From positions 450,001-482,000 of the forward strand of contig NZ_WUUQ01000002.1 of assembly GCF_009831105.1 (NCBI RefSeq): a DNA stretch of 32,000 bases. The letters run 5' to 3'. The notes under the pieces were generated by a model. It saw only the letters and a list, made by a program, of their open reading frames with translations, searched no databases and had not been told where the DNA came from. This document shows, one piece after another, positions 22,353 to 29,973 of this stretch (position 1 is the stretch's first letter; each line of letters begins with the position of its first letter). Made by a program: the position numbers and the translations under genes. The stretch is from Copranaerobaculum intestinale (GTDB lineage: Bacteria; Bacillota_I; Bacilli_A; Erysipelotrichales; Erysipelotrichaceae).

Positions 22353-23558
22353 TTATTTTTTTGTTGTTATCACGTCCTGTTCTTTTACTGACTGTTGCTT
22401 CAAAATCTGCTTGTGTCGGTCTGTCAGTTTCGCATGGTCGAGAATGTCTTTTACAACCTGCGTCTGGTTGATTTCATCAAGTTTAATCGCAACCTTTAAG
22501 GTCGGGGCAACTTGATGAGATAGCCAGTTCAGCGTCCTTTGGAAGGAGTAAGGCTCTGGTTTTGTGGTTAGTTTTAATCGTTCACGATTGTTCCCAATAA
22601 ACCAAGCCCATTCTTCATTCAGTTTCCAATCAGAACGAGGTTTGGAATCGTCTTTATCTACAAAACGGATATACCGATTGATAATTTTAAAGGCGGTATG
22701 CTCTGGATTGTCATAGACGAGTAAATCACGGACTGCATAATAGGCACGCTCATTTTTCAATCGAATCTCAAAACGGTTTTTTACTTCTGCGTCTTCAATG
22801 GGAATATCATTTTTCTTGTACTGCTCGTAGTCCTTTTCATAGATACAGAAATAAACTTCACTTTGTAATGAACCGATATAGAGGGTGTTTCCCATACATT
22901 CCTTTTCCTCTTTGCGTACCAGTTCGCCACTGCGATAGCTTTTAAAACTGCGGAAGACGGAGATACATTCTTCCTGTTGGCACTTTTCAGTGAGTACAGG
23001 GATATTCAAAATCCCTGTCTTATCGTTAATGGCAAGGTCAAGGCGTTTCATCACACCGCCAGCCACCAAAACGTCCATAAAGAACTCATACCAGCTTCTT
23101 TGTTGTGCCAGAAGATAGCTTTCAAATTGTCTGCACCCACGACCTTTCAATTCCACCAGAACTCCTTTGTCCAGTTCATGGGAGCAAAGGACGAATATGT
23201 CGCCTAAAGCATAATGCTCTGAATAAGAATAGAAACCATAGTCCTCATGAAGAAAATAGGACAGTTTCAGTTGTAAGATGTTTTCGACCACCTGCTGTAC
23301 GTCTGTTGTCGGAAAGCGAATCCTTACATAATCAAACAGCATTTCAAGGGGAGCGTCGGGATTGAAGCGTTCCAGAGCTTCCCAAAGGGACTGCTGTAAA
23401 TCCTCTGATGGCTTGACTTTTCCTGTTTCAATATCGCTTAGATACTGCCTTGTAATACCAGTCGCAACAGCTAAACGGTTTTGAGATAGTCCATAAGCCA
23501 AGCGTTTTTCTTTTAAATGCTGTAACCAAGTTTGTTCATTCAGTAAAAATCCCTCCAA
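22353..23558 (-). CDS. orf20: Tn916 Orf20 relaxase (Rep_trans/MobT type) with N-terminal XRE-type HTH; start codon uncertain (non-ATG)
   Basis: The frame is open for 401 codons from the TTG at 23558. The first in-frame ATG is codon 72 (23345). Codons 1-70 encode an HTH (LSQNRLAVATGITRQYLSDIETGK). SD GGAGGGA at 23556-23550 lies 6 nt before the in-frame CTG at 23543. Confidence 0.85.
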   Translation of the reverse strand: MEGFLLNEQTWLQHLKEKRLAYGLSQNRLAVATGITRQYLSDIETGKVKPSEDLQQSLWEALERFNPDAPLEMLFDYVRIRFPTTDVQQVVENILQLKLSYFLHEDYGFYSYSEHYALGDIFVLCSHELDKGVLVELKGRGCRQFESYLLAQQRSWYEFFMDVLVAGGVMKRLDLAINDKTGILNIPVLTEKCQQEECISVFRSFKSYRSGELVRKEEKECMGNTLYIGSLQSEVYFCIYEKDYEQYKKNDIPIEDAEVKNRFEIRLKNERAYYAVRDLLVYDNPEHTAFKIINRYIRFVDKDDSKPRSDWKLNEEWAWFIGNNRERLKLTTKPEPYSFQRTLNWLSHQVAPTLKVAIKLDEINQTQVVKDILDHAKLTDRHKQILKQQSVKEQDVITTKK

Positions 23559-23672
23559 TCAAAAAGGCGTATGTCAACTTTTAAAGCCCATTTGACATAC
23601 GCTGAAATTTTGTAAATCCCTTGTAACCAAAGGATTTTCTAATGTTTTTTTGACTGTTTCCTGTCGATTTGT

Positions 23673-23727
23673 ACCCCCCTGTTAGATACGGGGGGTTAAG
23701 TGCTGGCGTGGCTATTGCCACACCAGC
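23673..23727. other. oriT: oriT region inverted repeats (orf20-orf21 intergenic)
   Basis: IR1 is ACCCCCC-N10-GGGGGGT (23673-23696). IR2 is GCTGGCGTGGC-TAT-TGCCACACCAGC (23702-23727, 10 of 11 bp). The Tn916 oriT was mapped to this intergenic region in the literature. Confidence 0.6.
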
Positions 23728-23735
23728 CAGCAAGA

Positions 23736-25121
23736 TCAGTCCACACCTGCGACTTCCGCTTCGCACGTCGCCTGCGTGGACTGTCTGCTGTTGGATAACT
23801 TTTTAATTTCCTCCAAGAAATCATATCCTTTTGGTACAAGGGGAGTATAAAACTCTGATATGACACTTGTTCCTACATCAACATAGCCACGACCTTTGAT
23901 TCGCTTTAAGAAGAAATCCTTTTGTACGTCACTGCCAAACATCATGCCATAGCCCATTTCAGACATACGACCTAAAGCCACTCTGAAATTAAACTGATCA
24001 CGGATTCCGTCGCCTAAATATTTTGCGTCTGGACGTTGACAAGCCAGTATTAGAAAGAAGCCAGCTTGACGACCTAACATGACAATCTGTTTCAGCTTAT
24101 TCATAACTGCGGTGTTTTCTTTTGTTCCCAGCATTTCCATGAAAGCGACGTATTCATCAAAGATTAAGAAGTGTGCCGGGAGACCTAAGTAAGCATAATT
24201 TTTGCCAGTCTTATAGTTCTTCATCTGCTTCATTTCCTCACTACGTTTCATCATTTCTTCATAGAATGTTTCAATGCAAGAAAGCAAGTCTTCTTTTCTA
24301 TAGTAGACATTTGCCATCACAGAACCTAAGTCCGCAAGGTCAGCATTTTTCGGGTCAAGAATATACAGTTTTGAATCTGTATGAAGCAAGGCTTCAATCA
24401 GTGTCAGTATAAAGTAAGTTTTACCGCCACCTGTACCACCAGCAATCAACATATGAGGGAGCTTATCATATTCCCACCATACGTTTTTCATTAAGCGAAG
24501 TTTACCATCTTTAGCTTCTACTTCATCAATAGAAATACGACTGGCTATGGTGTCATAGAGCAAAGTATATTCCACATAGGAATCCTTTAACTCTTTATCC
24601 GTCAGCTCACAGTACAAGCCACTCTCTAATTTCTTTTCCAAGTGTAAGAGTTGGTCTTGATATTTTCCCAGCGTGATTTCCACCCGTATCTGTATCAAGC
24701 CATTTTTAAGTCGATAATACATTTTAGGGAAGTAGGTTATCTTTTCCTTTGTACGACCAGCACTATCTTTAAAGAAACCCTCTGTTTTGACCTGTTCAGA
24801 TTCATACCACTTGTTTTCAAGTATCATCTTTGCCAGTTTTTGACGGTGGTAAAGTTGTTTAACCGTATCATAGCGAACCCGTTTGAATACAAACGCTACC
24901 AGCAAGCAGATAAGAATTGCGACACTGAAACTGATAATTAAATAGGGAATGTCAATCTTATCTGCTTGTGATAGGTTAAAATCCTGCCAGTTGATCTGCT
25001 GGATTGTCTTCACATGAAACAGTCCGACAACCAGCAGGAAAACAGGCAGGAGTGACGCTATCGTAAAATGAAAGACTAAATCTTTACCAGATGGGCGAAT
25101 CCTTTTACCACGCTGTTTCAT
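23736..25121 (-). CDS. orf21: Tn916 Orf21 FtsK/SpoIIIE-type coupling protein
   Basis: 461 aa with N-terminal TM segments, Walker A AGGTGGGKT and Walker B LIFDE. SD AGAAAGGAG is present. Confidence 0.92.
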   Translation of the reverse strand: MKQRGKRIRPSGKDLVFHFTIASLLPVFLLVVGLFHVKTIQQINWQDFNLSQADKIDIPYLIISFSVAILICLLVAFVFKRVRYDTVKQLYHRQKLAKMILENKWYESEQVKTEGFFKDSAGRTKEKITYFPKMYYRLKNGLIQIRVEITLGKYQDQLLHLEKKLESGLYCELTDKELKDSYVEYTLLYDTIASRISIDEVEAKDGKLRLMKNVWWEYDKLPHMLIAGGTGGGKTYFILTLIEALLHTDSKLYILDPKNADLADLGSVMANVYYRKEDLLSCIETFYEEMMKRSEEMKQMKNYKTGKNYAYLGLPAHFLIFDEYVAFMEMLGTKENTAVMNKLKQIVMLGRQAGFFLILACQRPDAKYLGDGIRDQFNFRVALGRMSEMGYGMMFGSDVQKDFFLKRIKGRGYVDVGTSVISEFYTPLVPKGYDFLEEIKKLSNSRQSTQATCEAEVAGVD

Positions 25122-25149
25122 GCGAAAAAGTCTCCTTTCTACCTAGCGA

Positions 25150-25536
25150 CTATTTGTCTTGTGTCGGTTCTTTCTTTGCTTGTGGTTGAGCTTTGAATGA
25201 ACTAGAATCCTTTGTCAGCACAATATCGTCTGCCTTGATATACCAGTCAACATCTGCTCCTTGATAGGTGGCAGTAGCAACGGTGTCCGCAATGGGATTG
25301 ATAAGTTCCACCCGTGCGTTATAATCAAACTCTTTCAAAGGCACGCTGGCAGGAATACTTACTTGAATCATGCGTCCTTGTCCTTTGGATTTTAAGTCAT
25401 AGGTACGTTCCTTGATTTCATCTGAAACCGACCCGTCTTCATTTTGGATTCTCACTTCACGACGTAGAGCAGAGAATTTCAATTCTCCAAAAGTCGTGTC
25501 TTTATCTAATACAATGCCATTTGCTAATCTCATCAT
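25150..25536 (-). CDS. orf22: Tn916 Orf22 (DUF961-type, paralogue of Orf23)
   Basis: 128 aa in the canonical position. It is visibly related to Orf23 (TFGxLxF...RV(E/K)L(I/V)NP). Confidence 0.8.
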   Translation of the reverse strand: MMRLANGIVLDKDTTFGELKFSALRREVRIQNEDGSVSDEIKERTYDLKSKGQGRMIQVSIPASVPLKEFDYNARVELINPIADTVATATYQGADVDWYIKADDIVLTKDSSSFKAQPQAKKEPTQDK

Positions 25537-25551
25537 TTTTCCTCTCTTTCT

Positions 25552-25866
25552 TTATTCTTTTATCATGTCGTCAGCATGTAAAAGGTAATTTGTAAAACCA
25601 CGAGTGCCGATTTTGTAGCCCTCTGCGGTAATACGTGGATTGACTAACTTCACACGTTCCTCAAAGCCGAAATGTTTTTCGCCAGCTTCAGCAGGAAGCA
25701 CCACCACAATATCATCTGCTCTTTGAACATCAGAATAGAGATTATAGCTTCTTGATAAGACAGTTAGCCGTCCGTTGATTCTTCGCTGAACGACTTTATC
25801 CTCGCCAGCAAATTCTAAATTGCCGAATGTTTTTTCCATGTTGGGAATCACAAATTTAAGTTCCAT
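25552..25866 (-). CDS. orf23: Tn916 Orf23 (DUF961-type)
   Basis: 104 aa, ATG start, in the canonical position. Confidence 0.8.
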   Translation of the reverse strand: MELKFVIPNMEKTFGNLEFAGEDKVVQRRINGRLTVLSRSYNLYSDVQRADDIVVVLPAEAGEKHFGFEERVKLVNPRITAEGYKIGTRGFTNYLLHADDMIKE

Positions 25867-25888
25867 ATTTTTACCTATCCTTTCTTTT

Positions 25889-25963
25889 TTATTGGCTGAA
25901 TGAATGTTTGATGGTCTTAAAGAGTGGGGAACGACCTTTTGATTCTTGATTTTTTGTTTTCAT
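25889..25963 (-). CDS. orf24: small ORF at the Tn916 orf24 position (24 aa)
   Basis: GAAAGGAAGTGAACTT precedes the ATG at 25963. The peptide is MKTKNQESKGRSPLFKTIKHSFSQ*. Support is position and SD only. Confidence 0.4.
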   Translation of the reverse strand: MKTKNQESKGRSPLFKTIKHSFSQ

Positions 25964-25989
25964 AAGTTCACTTCCTTTCAAAATCGGGT

Positions 25990-26023
25990 AAAAAAATAGA
26001 CACCTCATTTTTTGAAGTGTCTA
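25990..26023 (-). terminator. inward-facing intrinsic-terminator-like hairpin upstream of orf24
   Basis: The minus-strand RNA reads UAGACACUUC-AAAAAAU-GAGGUGUCUA, a 10-bp stem including one G-U pair, followed by U7. On the plus strand the same position is a C-A mismatch and there is no U-run. Confidence 0.45.
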
Positions 26024-26107
26024 CCTATTAAATATTCAAATTTTATTGGAAGTATCTTTATATCTTCACTTTTCAAGGATAAATCGTCGTATCAAAGCTC
26101 ATTCATA

Positions 26108-26129
26108 AGTAGTAAATTAGTAGTAAATT
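26108..26129 (+). repeat. DR-2 arm-type Int-binding repeats (perfect tandem pair)
   Basis: AGTAGTAAATT occurs twice in tandem (26108-26118 and 26119-26129), in the same orientation as the pair at 8308-8329. Confidence 0.8.
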
Positions 26130-26175
26130 GAGTGGTTTTGACCTTGATAAAGTGTGATAAGTCCAGTTTTTATGC

Positions 26176-26193
26176 GGATAACTAGATTTTTAT
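26176..26193. repeat. Tn916 terminal imperfect inverted repeat, orf24 end
   Basis: GGATAACTAGATTTTTAT is the partner of the repeat at 8176-8193. Confidence 0.75.
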
Positions 26194-26214
26194 GCTATTT
26201 TTGTAATTAAAAAG

Positions 26215-26241
26215 AAAAGCTGAAACATATCAGCTTTTTTT
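26215..26241 (+). terminator. intrinsic terminator in host DNA immediately right of Tn916 (probable original pyr-operon terminator)
   Basis: AAAAGCTGA (26215-26223) pairs perfectly with TCAGCTTTT (26230-26238) around a 6-nt loop, and a T-run extends to 26241. Confidence 0.6.
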
Positions 26242-26251
26242 CGGTTTTGGA

Positions 26252-26280
26252 TGATACGTGTCTTAGAGACATGATATAAT
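26252..26280 (+). promoter_or_regulatory. candidate extended -10 promoter for the lipoprotein-glpK unit
   Basis: TGATATAAT lies at 26272-26280, with a weak -35 TGATAC 17 nt upstream. Confidence 0.35.
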
Positions 26281-26297
26281 AGAAACAGAAAGGAGGG

Positions 26298-26885
26298 ATG
26301 ATGATGAAGCGTAAATATCTCCTGTGTTTCATTCCTCTGATACTGGCTGGGTGTTCCATGAATCCGCAAGCTTTAAAGGCGGATGCCTATCAGGAAGAAC
26401 TGCTGGAAAAATATGATGAAACTAAGGCGATTGAAGTGTATAACGGCACTTACTTTGAAGCGAAATTAACGGTGATGGACGCATATGTCCGGGATAATCA
26501 AACGATGTATTTTAATTATCAGCTGTATTTAAAACCGCTTGATAATTTAAATACAAAAAAATTGACTGTACGCATGAAATTGAACGAAAAACAGGCTGCC
26601 TACTACGGCGGAACTCCCGGACAAACTGTGTTCTCAACGATTACGTATCCGATGGTGCTGAATCAAAAAACGGATGTGCCATGTCTGGAATTTAATTTCA
26701 GTGTAGATTCTTCTGGGTTTCAGGAATTATCACAAGATGAATGGAAAATCATGATGAGTGATCTGCGGGTGGAAGTCAGTTGGGGCTCACATAAAGAAAT
26801 AATTCATTTTCATCCTGACGATAAACCAATGACTTATTCTGCCAACAATGGTGAATTTTTACGTAGCTTTGGTAAGATTCAATAA
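26298..26885 (+). CDS. lipoprotein of unknown function
   Basis: There is a signal peptide with lipobox LILAGC. Three consecutive ATGs occur (26298, 26301, 26304) after GGAGG, and the third has the best spacing. I recognise no family. Confidence 0.75.
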   Translation: MMMKRKYLLCFIPLILAGCSMNPQALKADAYQEELLEKYDETKAIEVYNGTYFEAKLTVMDAYVRDNQTMYFNYQLYLKPLDNLNTKKLTVRMKLNEKQAAYYGGTPGQTVFSTITYPMVLNQKTDVPCLEFNFSVDSSGFQELSQDEWKIMMSDLRVEVSWGSHKEIIHFHPDDKPMTYSANNGEFLRSFGKIQ

Positions 26886-26896
26886 GGAGGAGTATC

Positions 26897-28381
26897 ATGA
26901 AGCGATATGTAATGGCAATCGATCAGGGAACAACCAGTACCCGGGCGATGCTGTTTGATGAAGAAAGCAATGTATTAGGGATTGCCCAGCGAGAACTGGA
27001 AAACTATTATCCGCAGCCGGGATGGGTAGAACAAAATGCCAACGATATCTGGGCAACGTGTGCCGGTGTGATCTTCGAGGTGCTTGCGAAATGCGGTGTA
27101 TCGGCGCAGCAAATCGCGGCAATCGGGATTACCAATCAGCGTGAAACTACGGTGATATGGGATCGTAAAACTGGGCAGCCGATCTATTTTGCAATCGTAT
27201 GGCAGTCTCGTCAAAGTGATGATTACATTCAGGAAATGAAACGTGCAGGTAAGGAAAGCTTCATTCGCAAGAAAACCGGACTTTTGCTGGATCCGTATTT
27301 TTCCGCCAGTAAAATCCGCTGGATTTTGGATCATGTGGATGGAGCGCAGCAGCGTGCGGAAGCCGGTGAACTATGCTTTGGTACGATTGATAGCTGGCTG
27401 ATCTGGAAGCTGACGCAAGGAAAAGTACATGTGAGCGATGTGTCCAATGCTTCCCGCACCATGCTGATGAATTTGAAAACTTTACAGTATGATCCGGAGC
27501 TTTTAAAGCTTTGGAACATTCCAGCGGCGATGCTGCCGGATATTCGAGCCACCTCCGAGGTATACGGAGTATGCGATTCGGGGCTGTTCGGGGTTGAAAT
27601 TCCGATTGGCGCAGCGGTCGGTGATCAGCAGGCGGCCTTATTCGGACAAACCTGCTTTGAAGCAGGCAGTGTTAAAAATACCTACGGAACCGGCTGTTTC
27701 TTACTAATGAATACCCGTGATCAGATTATTTCATCGAAGCATGGTTTGATTACCTGTGTCGGATGGAAATTGGGACAGGAAGTGGATTATGTCTTAGAAG
27801 GCAGTGTGTTTGTCGCCGGAGCAGCGATCCAGTGGCTGCGTGATGGCTTAAAGATTATCGCAGATTCTGCAGAAACACAGAAGTGTGCAGAATCACTTTC
27901 ATCCTCCGATGGGGTTTATGTAGTACCGGCTTTCACTGGATTGGGTGCGCCATATTGGAAACCGCAGGCGAAGGGAGCGATCTTTGGATTAACCAGAGGC
28001 ACGACCCAGAATCACATCATCCGCGCTACCTTGGAATCGCTTGCCTATCAGACCTATGATGTGATCGAAGCGATGAAACAGGATGCCGGTGTGGAGCTCT
28101 GTGCCTTACAGGTAGACGGCGGAGCATCGCGCAATGACTATCTGTTACAGTTTCAAAGCGATCTGCTGAACTGTCGGGTTCAGCGTTCCTTGGTATCGGA
28201 AACCACTGCGCTGGGAGCTGCTTATTTAGCGGGCTTAGCAGTCGGCTACTGGCCTGATAAAGAGACCATTAAAGCGAATTATCATGTTGGCGCAGCGTTT
28301 GAGAGCAAACTGGACTTTAAGACGCGTACAAAACTCTTAAAAGGGTGGAAAGACTGCATCCATGCGCTGCTTGAAAAGTGA
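26897..28381 (+). CDS. glpK: glycerol kinase
   Basis: 494 aa. FGGY-kinase motifs are present: AIDQGTTSTR, GITNQRETTV, GDQQAALFGQ and DGGASRN. SD AAGGAGGAG is present. Confidence 0.95.
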   Translation: MKRYVMAIDQGTTSTRAMLFDEESNVLGIAQRELENYYPQPGWVEQNANDIWATCAGVIFEVLAKCGVSAQQIAAIGITNQRETTVIWDRKTGQPIYFAIVWQSRQSDDYIQEMKRAGKESFIRKKTGLLLDPYFSASKIRWILDHVDGAQQRAEAGELCFGTIDSWLIWKLTQGKVHVSDVSNASRTMLMNLKTLQYDPELLKLWNIPAAMLPDIRATSEVYGVCDSGLFGVEIPIGAAVGDQQAALFGQTCFEAGSVKNTYGTGCFLLMNTRDQIISSKHGLITCVGWKLGQEVDYVLEGSVFVAGAAIQWLRDGLKIIADSAETQKCAESLSSSDGVYVVPAFTGLGAPYWKPQAKGAIFGLTRGTTQNHIIRATLESLAYQTYDVIEAMKQDAGVELCALQVDGGASRNDYLLQFQSDLLNCRVQRSLVSETTALGAAYLAGLAVGYWPDKETIKANYHVGAAFESKLDFKTRTKLLKGWKDCIHALLEK

Positions 28382-28438
28382 GCGGTATCCTCTATAAAGC
28401 GATCCCTATATCTGGAAAAAGAATGTATTGTGAATCAG

Positions 28439-28467
28439 TTGACAAGCATATGCTTGTTTGATAGTAT
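28439..28467 (+). promoter_or_regulatory. candidate sigma-A promoter of the first 140-aa lipoprotein gene
   Basis: TTGACA (28439-28444), a 17-nt spacer, then TAGTAT (28462-28467). The spacer contains the palindrome AGCATATGCT. Confidence 0.45.
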
Positions 28468-28490
28468 AGGGAGGCAAAGGAGGAGAATGC

Positions 28491-28913
28491 ATGAAAAAAT
28501 TGATCGTTTTAGCTTTCGCGGCTATGCTGTTAACTGCCTGTGGCAGTGAATCAGAGGTGAGCGGAAAAGCGGAGTCTAAGAAAACAGAGGATGGGTCTTA
28601 TGTAACCGCTGAAGTTACTAAAAAAGGTGATAAAATCACTAAGGTTTCTATTAACGAATATGATGCAAGCAAAAAGAAAATGAAGAAAGCGCTTGGCAGT
28701 GACTACGGCATGAAAGCTCAGTCAGGAATTGGCAAAGAGTGGGATGAGCAGATCAAATACCTGGAAACATATCTGAAAGATAACGGTATTGATTCTGTGA
28801 AGATCGATAAAGCTACTGGTAAAGCGACAAATGACGATGTTCTGAGCGGCTGCACCATTGCAGTATCCAAATACGTAGAAACGGCTAAAGAAGCTGCAGA
28901 TTCAGCAAAATAA
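28491..28913 (+). CDS. lipoprotein with FMN_bind-like domain (copy 1)
   Basis: Lipobox LLTAC. The protein has GDKITKVSI... and C-terminal DVLSGCTI in the positions of the FMN_bind fold and its [ST]GAT flavinylation motif. SD GGAGGAG is present. Confidence 0.7.
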   Translation: MKKLIVLAFAAMLLTACGSESEVSGKAESKKTEDGSYVTAEVTKKGDKITKVSINEYDASKKKMKKALGSDYGMKAQSGIGKEWDEQIKYLETYLKDNGIDSVKIDKATGKATNDDVLSGCTIAVSKYVETAKEAADSAK

Positions 28914-28931
28914 ATTAAGTATTAATAAGGG

Positions 28932-28956
28932 AAAGACTGTTCGCAGTCTTTTTTTA
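28932..28956 (+). terminator. intrinsic terminator
   Basis: AAAGACTG-TTCG-CAGTCTTT is followed by a T-run. Confidence 0.65.
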
Positions 28957-29034
28957 TCAGGCTTTGACGGAAAGGAAAAGCAAATCGCATAGCATTGGGA
29001 AAACCGTACATAGTAAGGGTAATGGAGGTGCAAT

Positions 29035-29457
29035 ATGCGCAAAGGAATATTGATCGGTTTGTTGCTTCTGCTGTGCGGCTGCGGCAGTAAGGAAGTTGTT
29101 AAAAAGGGTGAGGGAACGTATACAAACCAAGAAGGTGAAGTCACAACCGTTCATGTGAATTATAAAAATGATAAGCTGACAAAGGTAACGATTGATGAAA
29201 CGACCGGTACGACAACAAAACGAAAATTGGGCAAGGAATATCATATGAAAGACGCCAGTGTTATCGGTAAGGAATGGGATGAACAGATGGATTATCTGCA
29301 GACGTATATCAAAGATCACGGGATTGAGGAAATTCAGCTGGATGAACAGGGCAAGGCAAAAAATGAGGATGTACTGAGCGGCTGTACGATTTCCATAGAC
29401 GGATATCTAAAGGCAGTGAAAAGTGCGATGGAGCAATCGAAGGAAGCTTCAAAATAA
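29035..29457 (+). CDS. lipoprotein with FMN_bind-like domain (copy 2, paralogue of 28491-28913)
   Basis: Lipobox LLCGC. It shares the blocks DKLTKVTI, IGKEWDEQ and GKAKNEDVLSGCTI with copy 1. SD GGAGGTG is present. Confidence 0.7.
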   Translation: MRKGILIGLLLLLCGCGSKEVVKKGEGTYTNQEGEVTTVHVNYKNDKLTKVTIDETTGTTTKRKLGKEYHMKDASVIGKEWDEQMDYLQTYIKDHGIEEIQLDEQGKAKNEDVLSGCTISIDGYLKAVKSAMEQSKEASK

Positions 29458-29462
29458 TTTAT

Positions 29463-29500
29463 AAATGCCTGGAATCGGTCGGATAACAGGCATTTTCTTA
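29463..29500 (+). terminator. terminator-like hairpin
   Basis: AAATGCCTG (29463-29471) pairs with CAGGCATTT (29487-29495) and is followed by TCTT. The loop is long (15 nt) and the U-run is weak. Confidence 0.45.
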
Positions 29501-29592
29501 ATAAAAATGCTTCTCCAAAAGGATATTTCACATATTTAAGGTAGAAAAGAAAAGCAGAGATGATATAATAGTGGTGTTGTAAGGAGGTCTGG

Positions 29593-29973
29593 ATGAATAA
29601 AGCAGATAAGATATGCGTGGTACTGATTATCGCTGCGTCGATACTCATTTACCTGCCGTTGTTCATCACGGATCGCATCAATGAAGGAAAAGCCAAGGAA
29701 GCGATAGTCCGTTATCGGGATCGGGAAATTTTAAAAATCGATTTAAAACAGGATAAGGTGTATCATGTATCGGGTACACTGGGCGATGTGAAGATTGAAG
29801 TCAAGGATGAGGCAATCCGGGTCGAAAAAGAAAACTCACCGTATCATTTGTGTTCCCGTCAGGGATGGGTGAAGGATGCCAGTCGTCCGATCATCTGCCT
29901 TCCCAATGATATCGTTGTCGATATTGAAGTAAAGGATGGGGCATCATCATCAGATGATGCAGTGATACGATGA
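29593..29973 (+). CDS. NusG domain II-containing membrane-anchored protein
   Basis: There is an N-terminal TM helix. The family-typical blocks HVSGTLGDVKIEVKDEAIRV, C-x-RQGWV and PIICLPN are present. SD AAGGAGG is present. Confidence 0.75.
   Translation: MNKADKICVVLIIAASILIYLPLFITDRINEGKAKEAIVRYRDREILKIDLKQDKVYHVSGTLGDVKIEVKDEAIRVEKENSPYHLCSRQGWVKDASRPIICLPNDIVVDIEVKDGASSSDDAVIR

Larger units (their letters stand above)
8169..26200 (-). mobile_element. Tn916: Tn916-family conjugative transposon (ICE) carrying tet(M); ends are estimates (about +/-10 bp)
   Basis: I recognise the Int (405 aa), Xis (67 aa), Tet(M), Orf9, Orf7/8 and Orf13-23 translations as Tn916 proteins, and they are in canonical order. 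Imperfect terminal inverted repeats and DR-2 arm sites are present at both ends, and the insert is AT-richer than the flanks. The ends were placed by extending the terminal IR symmetrically to the published 18,032-bp length. Confidence 0.95.

Noticed and set aside
23581-23766. 61-aa minus-strand ORF in the orf21-orf20 gap
   Set aside because: It covers the oriT inverted repeats and overlaps the orf21 3' end. The Gly/Arg/Ala-rich product reflects the G/C-rich repeats.
26101-26135. Tandem AGTAGTAAATT repeats that might suggest a CRISPR or satellite array
   Set aside because: There are only two contiguous copies with no spacers. They match the Int arm-binding DR-2 sites of Tn916, and the same sequence is present at the other end (8308-8329).
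8169-26200. Possibility of novel cargo or a novel defence system inside the conjugative transposon
   Set aside because: Every ORF of meaningful size corresponds to a canonical Tn916 gene in canonical order. The span between the terminal repeats fits the published 18,032-bp length, which leaves no room for an insertion. ArdA is the only anti-defence gene, and it is well known.
26895-27552. Three minus-strand ORFs (75, 119 and 73 aa) inside glpK, and the 120-aa minus-strand ORF at 28957-29319
   Set aside because: They are antisense to well-supported genes (glpK and lipoprotein copy 2), with no SDs or motifs.
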